Assembly (NCBI RefSeq): GCF_964355755.1
Contig: NC_092672.1
Location: forward strand, 15,996,001-16,060,000
Length of the DNA: 64,000 nucleotides
Source of the DNA: Antedon mediterranea
Taxonomy: Eukaryota; Animalia; Echinodermata
Reading direction: 5' to 3'
Of this stretch, positions 54,776 through 64,000 are shown piece after piece (the stretch's first letter is position 1; each line of letters begins with the position of its first letter). Under the pieces are notes generated by a model. The model ran no database searches. It was not told the origin of the DNA and saw only the letters and a list, made by a program, of their open reading frames with translations. Position numbers and translations under genes: made by a program.

Positions 54776-57144
54776 ATTAATGAATTGACCATACCAATGT
54801 TGAGCTTAAACTACAAAAAAAGTTAAATAAAGTTTAAAATTAATTAATAAATTGTGTTTGTGTTCTTGGCTGCTTTACCATTATAATACCATGTTAGATT
54901 TAATTCAAAATAATTGATTTTGTTTATACGTGTTGTTAAACTACACACTGGCTGCTGTTGGGTAGCGCCCTCTATAGTTTTGGAGAAAAACATTTACTGT
55001 ACCTGCTCGCGCGTCAATATTATGGCTCTGGCTGACCGAAATGTCTAGCGCCCTCGGGACCACAGGCTGGCCAAATGTCTAGCGCCCCCGGACCACAGGC
55101 TGGCCAAAAAAGAACCACAGACTGGCCGTGTGTTTGACGACCCCTGCTCCAACTTTCTACGCGTTTCATGTCATTTTGAGCATGTCAAAAATTCCCACGT
55201 GCCCGCAAATTTTTACGCGCGCGCTGCGCACGTAGGGTTGGAACATAATTTTTTCTAATGATTTATGTTTTTCCAGCCTTTTCTAGTAATTTTACCAACA
55301 ATTTCGATTTCAAATTACGTCATACGGGCACGTCGAATTGGATAATTTACGTGCGTTTTAGATGAAACAATTAAAAAATTCGTCAAAATTTGTAAAAATT
55401 ATGCCTTTTTTTAAACAGTCGTAGTTTCTAAACTAAACGGAGAAAGTTATTTTTATTACATATTCTGGAAGATGATAAGTTGTAGATATGGAATCATGCA
55501 TTGATATTGCGAGCCGATCATTGTGACGTCATCGTATGGCCACGCGAATATAAGATATAGGATTTTTGTATCTTTCATCATAGCTCATCACATTTAATAG
55601 AGCGCATTTCCACTTATCCATTTTCCATTTTCACCCCGATTTTTATATTATCTAGGTCAATCATCTATCCTTCGCATGAGTTAAAAATATTTTAATTTTT
55701 ATGACGTCATCATGTCTAAAAATGAAGATAACGTGGGTCACTTATTTTCATCTTTACAGTAAATTTCAATCCGTTATAGCTCGTAAGAATAAAACGTGAT
55801 AATCATGATTAAAACGTTTTCTGAAAGCTATTGGATTAATTGTAGATACGAATTCATGTAAACATTTTGCCAATCGGATGTTGTGACGTCATCATATGAC
55901 CAGTTGAATAAAAAAAGTCGTATTTTCATATTTTGCGTAATAGTTCATCACATTTAAAAGGGTGCGCATCTATATTTTACGTATTCAAATTTCTTCTACA
56001 CGTTAATATGTTGTTCCTGAGATAATTTCCTTCTGAAATTGCTATCTAAGTGTTTCATTTTGATACCGTCGCCATGTTAAAAATTGGAATAAATGGCGGG
56101 TCCCGTAATTTCACCTATTCTACACTGTATGTAATATGTATACAGATTATACTGTTTGCATGACATGAAATTGACAGAATTCAGCACTAACAGCACATCA
56201 TATTCTTCAGTTCTTGTCATAATGCCATAATCTTTATCTGTGTGCAATATTCCAACGTATGACGTGTACGTGGCGTTTGTCGTGGTGCGAATAACTAACT
56301 CGTCAAAGTGACGAGTTTCATGTCTAGTTGTGTTTTTTTTTGTTATTTATATCTGTATTTTGTGTCTCAGAGCAAACACAATTTCTATGTATATATTTTG
56401 TTTTACTGTATAATATATATAATGACAATAAATATGATGATTTCCACTAATGAATGAATGAGAAAAGTTTGAAAAATGCTCAAAATGGTCTAAAATGTTT
56501 CGAAATGCGATTTGAGGATATTTTGTGCACTTTTCATGTTTATTGTGAACAAGTTTCAGCGAAATGCTCAAAATGGTCTAAAATGTTTCCAAATGTGAAA
56601 ATGTGGTAACACTGGACCCGCAAATAAACTAAGCGAATCCTGCAATTTTAGAATAGATTATAATAATAAAGATACACAGTTACAACATTCATGATTTATT
56701 ATTGCACAAAGTTAACATTACTGCTATATTGACAGACACATTCACAAAGACAGAATTAACTATAATCACATATATTAGAAGCAACTGGCCAGCCCTATTA
56801 ATGAATCTGTACTGCATGTTTGACAGAGACAGACAGAGAAAATCTTGCTTAATAGTAATACATTGAAGGAAGAACTAAGAAGACCACGACCTTTAAATAA
56901 AGCAGTAGCGAGTTGGCATTAACACAACAGGCAGGTTAATCCTAATCTGATTCTCGTAAGCAGCAATTAAGTACACTGCCAAAAAATTAAAATGTATTGC
57001 ACAAATAACCCGCACAATATCAAACATTACATACAGATTACTACAATCGTAATTCACAGTATAATTGTTATAAATAAATTTCTGTCATTTGTTTGGACAA
57101 TTGTCTATCACATGATAAAAAAAATACGTGCTCTATATTTATGC

Positions 57145-57373
57145 TCACATAGAGTGGTGTATTCCTAATTTGAGGGAGATTTTGAAGCAGGCGACGTGGC
57201 ACTGTGCGACACGTAACCGAGTGTGCAAGTTACAGTGAGCATGCTGATACAAGAAAACATCCGCAGACCTGAAGAGAGGGAACACGTGACTTTCTCTGAC
57301 ACACTGCTGCATCGCCTGTTTCAAAAGCTCCCTATTATTGACGGTGAAAGACTTCAACAATTCTGTGCGAATG
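57145..57373 (-). CDS. probable terminal exon of an unidentified host gene
   Basis: GC-richer island with acceptor ttcgctttag. Two possible frames: 75 aa (IRTELLKSF..HHSM*) or 12 aa (HSHRIVEVFHRQ*). Minus-strand AATAAA at about 56695-56700. Confidence 0.5.
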
Positions 57374-59553
57374 CTAAAGCGAAATTAATGTGAATGTAAC
57401 ATTGCACTCATATAAACAGGGGCGGGTTGGTATACAAACTACCTACTAAAAATCAACATAATTAATATACAAAATAATAATAATGGTGATTGGATAATTT
57501 TGATCATCTTTGTCAATGATGATGAAATATGATAAGAACAACAACATTTTAATATTATAAGTGTTCACCATGATTGCATTGTACACGCATAATTGCACAA
57601 ATAAAAATAAAAACATCTATTAAATAAATTTAAATTAATAGAGTAGAACAAAATTTTTCAATATGACAACCTTGAACACATAATAACATGGTGCAAATAG
57701 AAATTCAAAAAAGGCAATGTTTCAAAGACTATTAAAAATGTAGCGTAGAACAGGATGTTAAAAAATCAATGAAATTAACCGTAGCACTTCAACCAGATCA
57801 AGGCTCCGGCCACCCCTGAATTACAAGGAAATAAATGAAATACCAGTAGCACTTAAATTACAAGGAAATATCAACTGTTGCATTTAATTTACAAGGAAAT
57901 AAATGAAATATTATCAAGGCTTGGCCCACACTTAAATGACAAGGAAACCAATGACTATTATAGCACTTTCATGGACAATGAAATATGTACCACATTTAGG
58001 TAGCACTGGTAGCACTTGAATCCGATACAGTTTTAAAATATATATTTTAAATACATATTTACTATTATACATGTTAACAAATATATACCTTATAAACATC
58101 AACCTATCAACACAAATATAATTTCCACAATAAATATTAACTATATACTGTACATGTTAAGTAATATATATATATATATATCAATTTCACAAACTATACC
58201 TTCTGGATATTGGTGGAATTTGTAATATTTACTATATACACTGTCAACCATTTAAATTACTATTATTAGATATTTACACATACTATACGAAATATTCACC
58301 AACACTTGGTTTTCATCAAATAATCATTACCATACTTATTAAAAAAAACGCTTCAGTTGATTGTTCAGGAGGATTTTTAGGGGAGTTGGTTGCATTTATT
58401 CGAGGAAGGTGTTTTTTTTTGGTGTAATATGGTAACATGTATAATCAAATAAATAAAACACAATTAATATCGAGAAGTGATAAAATACAGTAAAAATGTT
58501 ATCAAAATGCTTTGTTACAACCGCTAATATAGAAAACGCAAAAAAAACCTGTAACCGACCCACCTCTCCTAACAACCACATGTCTCGTAAACGACCACAC
58601 CTCTCGTTGTACTTATCTATCAATCTGCATCTTGTGTTACTTATCTATCAATCTACCCATCTATCGTAAGAAACCAACTTTCAACAAGCAGCCATCTCGT
58701 AAGCGACCTTCTACAGTAAGTGACCACCTCTCGTAAGTGACGGAGGTTATTGGTAAATGCGGTCCCTTATGAGAGGAGGTGATTACTTACGAGAGGTGGT
58801 CGATTATGAGAGGTGGTCATTTACGGGAGGTGGTCGTTACTGGATGCGGTCGATTATGATAAGCGATCCCAAACAGAGATGGTGGTTGTTCAATAGAAAT
58901 AGTCCCTCAATCAATAACGAGGGTGGTTGCTTACGATGTATGGTCGTTTTAGGGAGGTGGTCGCTTACGAGATGGCTGCATTTTAAAAGTCGGCTTACAA
59001 AAGGTTGATAGTCTGATTTAGACATTTCTGATTTCTACATTAGCTGGCAGGCTATTTTCGTTACACTACATTAGCTGTTGACCGTTCTACATTAGCTGCT
59101 GTTGATTTTTATTTACTACATAAGCTGTTGGTGTTTCTACATTAGCTGGAGGTTTTACGACAATAGCGGTGGATTGTTCTACATTAACGTTTTTTTTACA
59201 TTAGCTGGCGTTTTCTACATTAGAAGTTGTAACATGCTTGGTAATTTGTAGATCATTACAACCAATGAATTCTAACAGTGGGGTTCGCGTTTATTCAAGG
59301 AAGGCGTTTATTCAAATAAAATATACAGTAAAAATCTTCTGATTATTGTGAATGCATTCATTGGATAAGAAAACAAACATTTTAACTTGAAATCAGACAT
59401 AATTGAAAGATAGACATCATCGTTATAAACTTTCATTAACATTTATGAATTACGTGCACCATGTTCACACATCACAGCTCAGTTTTGCTATCGACCAGTA
59501 TGATAAATAATTGTCAATGTATTGACTTATTTGTTTTCTATAAGTGTCTGTAC

Positions 59554-59615
59554 CTGATGGACTAAGTCCCTAGCAATGTGTAGCACCGCTTTAGCATCGT
59601 GTCTCTCGGCCATTT
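59554..59615 (-). CDS. probable internal exon (62 nt) of the same gene
   Basis: Poly-T + AG acceptor and CAG|gtacag donor. The only open frame is [20 protein letters not shown] (phase 1 to 0). Confidence 0.55.
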
Positions 59616-59682
59616 CTAAAAAAAAAAAAATGTTCATGTCAGTGTATATTTGAGTTTTGCTTTACATTAAACATCAGTAGTT

Positions 59683-62600
59683 TAGTTGGGGAGCCGGAAG
59701 GGGTTTACCTGCACCCTCTAGCAAACTATGCCAACAATGTTTTTTTGCTTCCTTAGGCTATATCAATACAAATCAAGTTTTTGCTGTTGGCCGAAAAAAA
59801 ATAGGGATGCTCGGTCAGTACAGGGGACAAAAGGTCAATATGGTCAAAGTTAAGACTTTGCGTAACTTAGTAACTACTGGGTGTATTGGAATATTTTTTG
59901 TACCAAACTACTCAGAAGACCCATATTTCTATTCACTCTAATAAGAAACTTTTGCCAAAAGTGGACAGAAACCCCTTTTCTGACCACTGGTCAATAAATT
60001 GGCCATATAAATATCTCAGCAACCAGTGGTCAGAAAAGGATAATTGTGGTCTCAAATTACTCGCACAGTATATGTTTATATTTGTTCTAATGTAACAAAA
60101 ATCATAAAACTGTCAATAAACCCTTAATTTTGTCCTTTGACATATAGCCGGCACAATTTTTGCCAAAAATGACTGTGAAATTTTTGACCATTGGTCAAGA
60201 AAATAGCCAAATCAATATCTCAGCAGCCACTAGTCAAAAGTTATAATTTTAGTCTCAAATTACTCGCAATATATATAATTATATTTGCTCTAATACAACA
60301 GAAATACACAAAATGTTTAAAAACACCTTATTTTGACATTTAACCTATAGCTGGTACAAACATTTTTTCGTGGAGCACACTTACATTTTTAATAACTAGC
60401 GAATTGTCTTGCTTAATATCAAAATAGCATTGACTGTTGTGCGAGTATGGTATATACTATGAATACTTTGTATCGGAAGTCCTAAGTAGATAATTCTATT
60501 AATTTTAATGAATAACATCACAGTTATCACCAAGATCATTATCAATATTTAGTATTATAATTACAATATAAACTATATCACTCTTTAACAATTTTAAAGA
60601 ACTTCGGTAAATGAATGACAAATGCTATACAGTATACTGTTACATATTTTAAAACCATAGTTGAACAATAACAACAAATCAAAGTAACCGTAGTATGACT
60701 ATATATTATGGTTTGGAATCACTAAATCATTATAATTTACAACTAATACAATTAAGAAGCTTACCATGTTTGTTATGACATTGCACAGTAAACCTTAAAC
60801 ATCATTCATACTACTCAGTATATGTGATTATAATTAAAACTAAAAATTAATAATTTAATTCTAAAGAACTTAGGTTTGTTTTGTTCAGATGTTACAATGT
60901 TTCCCACCTCCATTACAATAACCTGTTTGATGCAACATACTAAGTTATATTGAATCTTTTTAATACAAATAAACAAAAATATGTAAATTAGTTAATCTTT
61001 ATTCACAAACCTATATTTAGGATACTAAAATATACATTTAGAATATTAAAATCACATGCGCACTGATGTAGTATGATGGTTTACTATTCAATGTTCATTC
61101 ATTTATTTGCTTCTTAAATTATTAGTAAATCCAACAAAAAGGAGGAGAGATGAGTAAATAACAATAATGTCCTTTAGGATTATTATAACATAGTCATACT
61201 ACTGTAGTAACGGTTTTCTTTGATTTTTCTTTAGATTTTCATAATTTTATTAAACACAAGCAAGAAACTGGGTATAGTTTTAAGTGAAATATTGCAGGAG
61301 TTTAAATTTGGTATTATAGCATAATGATTTGGGCAGTCTATGTGTGTAGAGACGGCGTGACTTTTTCTATCCATAAATTAAAAGTAGACAGTACAAACAA
61401 CATTAGTGTTAAAGAATTGAGAAGTTTGATATGATTGTACCAACTAAAAGATCAATGTTTCTACTTTCTTACCTCAGCCCCAAATGATGGGACTGAGGTG
61501 GTGCAGAAGACCCTACCATTGAAATTGGCTCGACCTATGTGTATATTTCAGATTCAAATATATTTTTAAAGTTTTATACAATTGACTCCAAGCTGGAACT
61601 TTGATATGATTTTTACATAACTTAATTTCTGGTCAACTATAGGTCCATATTTTCAAAATATCCTTACTCAATCCCAACACGATGGGGGGGGGGGGGGGGG
61701 GGTTTGCTGAGGTTGAGAATTCCCTCCTAATCGTCATCTCTTCCACTGAAAACCATCATCCACAGAGCCGGTGTATTTGAAATTTAATACACATAGTGCC
61801 TACAAATTAATCGTAATTGGTAGGTCTATCAAAGGCTTTCAAATTCGAACCCCTCTATAAAAACTAGTTTACGGGCCTGGAGTAGCCTACCGTATGGTGT
61901 ATCGTGGGCAACGCGTTTCAATTTATCATGTGATACCTGAAAAGTAAGGCTCCACTTTTTCATAACTTGTTATTTCGTTTTTAAACATATTCATTCCTAG
62001 TATTTTGGGACCAAAACTACCTACAGTAGTTGGTAAATATTTCTATGGTAATTTTCTTGATCAGTGTTCATGATATGTCTTTTGGCACTTGTTCATTAGA
62101 GTGATATCAATATGAGTGTATTTTGATATTAAGCAAAAACAACATTCGCTAGTTATTAAAAATATATGTGTGCTCCACGCAAAAATGTCTGTACCAGCTA
62201 TAGGTTAAATCTCAAAATAAGGTGTTTTTTAACATTTTGTGTATTTCTGTTGTATTAGAGCAAATATAAATATATGTTTTGCGATTAATTTGAAACTAAA
62301 ATTATAACTTTCTGACTAGTGGTTGCTGAGATATTGATATGGCTATTTTCTTGACCAATGGTCAAAAATAAAGTTTCATGGTCATTTTTAGCAAAAGTTT
62401 ATGTATTTTATGAGTATTTTGACACAAACTATGACCATATCCGCCCAACAATTTCTGAGATATGAAAAGTGTGCTCCAAGCCAAACATATTTGTGCCGGC
62501 TATAAGTGAAAGGTCAAAATTAGGGGTTTATTGACAGTTTTATAATTTTTATTACATTAGAACAAATATAAACATATACTTTGTGAGTAATTTGAGACCA

Positions 62601-62950
62601 CAATTATCACTTTCTGACCAGCGGTTGATGAGATATTCATATGGCCAATTTCTTGACCAGTGGTCAGAAAAGGGGTTTCTGTCCACTTTCGGCAAAAGTT
62701 TCCCATTAGAGTGAATAGAAATATGGGGAGTTTGGTACAAAAAATATTCCAATACACCAAGTAGTTACCAAGTTACACACAGTTCTAACTTTAACCATAT
62801 TGACCTTTTGGCCCCTGTACTGACCAAGCATCCCAATTTTTTTTCGGCCAACAGCAAAAAATTGATTTGTATTGATATAAAGAAGCAAAAAAACATTGTT
62901 AACATAGTTTGCTAGAGGGTGCAGGTAAACCCTTCCTGGCTCCCCAACTA
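59683..62950. mobile_element. Academ-like element with ~800-bp inverted arms and 3-bp TSD
   Basis: TAGTTGGGGAGCC...GGCTCCCCAACTA termini, GTT on both flanks. Arms at 59683-~60480 and ~62080-62950. Confidence 0.7.
61473..61936 (-). other. two exon-like segments (61891-61936, 61473-61534)
   Basis: ttttcag/gtaggc and acatag/gtaaga splice signals. They splice in frame to VSHDKLKRVAHDTPYGRANFNGRVFCTTSVPSFGAE. Confidence 0.35.
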
Positions 62951-63001
62951 GTTGTTGTTCGGAAAGATTTGGGGTTATCAAGTTTAAATTAGAACTGTCG
63001 C

Positions 63002-63843
63002 TAGTCCAGTAAAAATATGGTTGAACCTAGAACAAATTGCTACAGAATTTGTTTTTGTTTTATTTGGTTGATATGGTGAATATGAACATCATATCCAAAG
63101 TTTACCAAAATCGGACATTGGGAAGTGGGTTAATTAGCATAAATTCAAAATGGCCGCCATTTGCTATTTTAAAGCCCCATATCTCCTTAACGGTTGGATT
63201 TAGACCACCTAAGTGCATTACGAGTAGATATAAATGTGATATTAAACATTCTAATTAGCATATTTAAATTTCCATATGACCTACCTATGACGTCACATGG
63301 TAGTTGTGACGTCATAAATTATGTTATAAATGCTTAAATGACATTATACTATGCGAACAATTTAGAAACTGCAGAAAAACAAGTTGTGGTAAATGTTCTA
63401 CTATTTTCATGAGATTAAAAACATTTTTTTCCTTTCGGTTTCTATATTTTCTCCTTAGAATAATGCCAATTGAGCATTATTGTGACAAAATACATGACGT
63501 CATACAGTATGTCTTATAACATCATAGGTACGTTACATGGCAATTTAAATATGCTAATTATAAAGTTTAATATCACATTTATATCTACTCGCAATGCACT
63601 TAGGTGGTCTAAAACCAAGCGTTAAGGAGATATGGAGCTTCAATATGGTATGATAAATAGCGGCCATTTTGAATGTATGCTAATTAACCCACTTCCTGAC
63701 GTCCGATTTTGGTAAACTTTGGAAATAATGTTCATTTCAACAAGGAGAATGTCAAGAAACATGAACTATATTTACGAGACAAAACAAAACAAAATTCTGT
63801 TGCAATTTGTTCAGGTTCACCCTATTTTATCTTTACTGGACTA
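63002..63843. mobile_element. Academ-like foldback MITE
   Basis: TAGTCCAGTAAA...TTTACTGGACTA termini with ~340-bp imperfect arms. TSD not preserved. Confidence 0.7.
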
Positions 63844-64000
63844 ACAGGTCTCATCATTTCCGCATTGGCCGCAATCAGTCGATTATCATAGTTGTTCACC
63901 AGGTATTTGTAAAGATCGATAGAATTTTATCTTTGATGGTCAAGGAAGTTTTACTATTGGTAGGTATAATGAGTACCAATGGCAGTTTGCATACTGAACT

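Larger units (their letters stand above)
52023..55146. mobile_element. hAT-like non-autonomous element, left tip missing
   Basis: About 100-bp inverted arms (AAACACACGGCCAGTCTGTGGTTCTTTTTTGGCCAGCCTGTGGTC). Right end ..GACGACCCCTG. Internal TAGGCCTA/CTA low-complexity tracts. Confidence 0.65.
51550..56327 (+). mobile_element. Helitron2/Helentron-like element (same family as 3329-6929), interrupted
   Basis: 5' hairpin GTTATCCGC-ttggtaga-GCGGATAAC. 3' ACTCGTCAAAGTGACGAGT-ttcatgt-CTAG. Body is the inverted homologue of 3329-4887. Confidence 0.75.

Noticed and set aside
61685-61702. Poly-G run (also the C/G run at about 8367-8386) as a G-quadruplex element
   Set aside because: Simple homopolymer inside repeats, with no evidence of function.
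59886-62981. Paired similar ORFs MEYFLYQT.. on opposite strands
   Set aside because: Artefact of the inverted arms of a non-autonomous element.
63845-64000. Coding-like minus-strand remnant (IDLYKYLVNNYDNRLIAANAEMMR)
   Set aside because: In-frame stops upstream, truncated by the window edge, family not recognisable.

Overview
AT-rich animal genomic DNA, probably from a marine invertebrate (inferred from the repeat superfamilies present and the many TAGGCCTA tracts). Host genes: the last two coding exons of ABCF3 (+; 3026-3113 and 19008-19166, separated by a 15.9-kb TE-filled intron) and the probable 3' end of an unidentified gene on the minus strand (about 56.7-62 kb). Almost everything else is nested transposable-element sequence: Helitron2/Helentron-like elements, hAT, Kolobok, PIF/Harbinger, MULE and Academ-like DNA elements, two Penelope-like elements, RTE/Tx1/Rex-Babar/CR1-group LINE fragments, a DIRS-like end, solo LTRs and minisatellites. 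The most notable feature is a full-length 8.4-kb Ty3/Gypsy element (33287-41713; 299-bp LTRs differing at 1 base). Its Gag begins with a ComEA-like helix-hairpin-helix module, and its integrase ends in an H3K4me3-reader-type PHD finger at the position where chromoviruses carry a chromodomain. It has no TSD and instead sits between two diverged copies of a ~390-bp host segment. All calls come from reading the sequence by eye; no searches were run.
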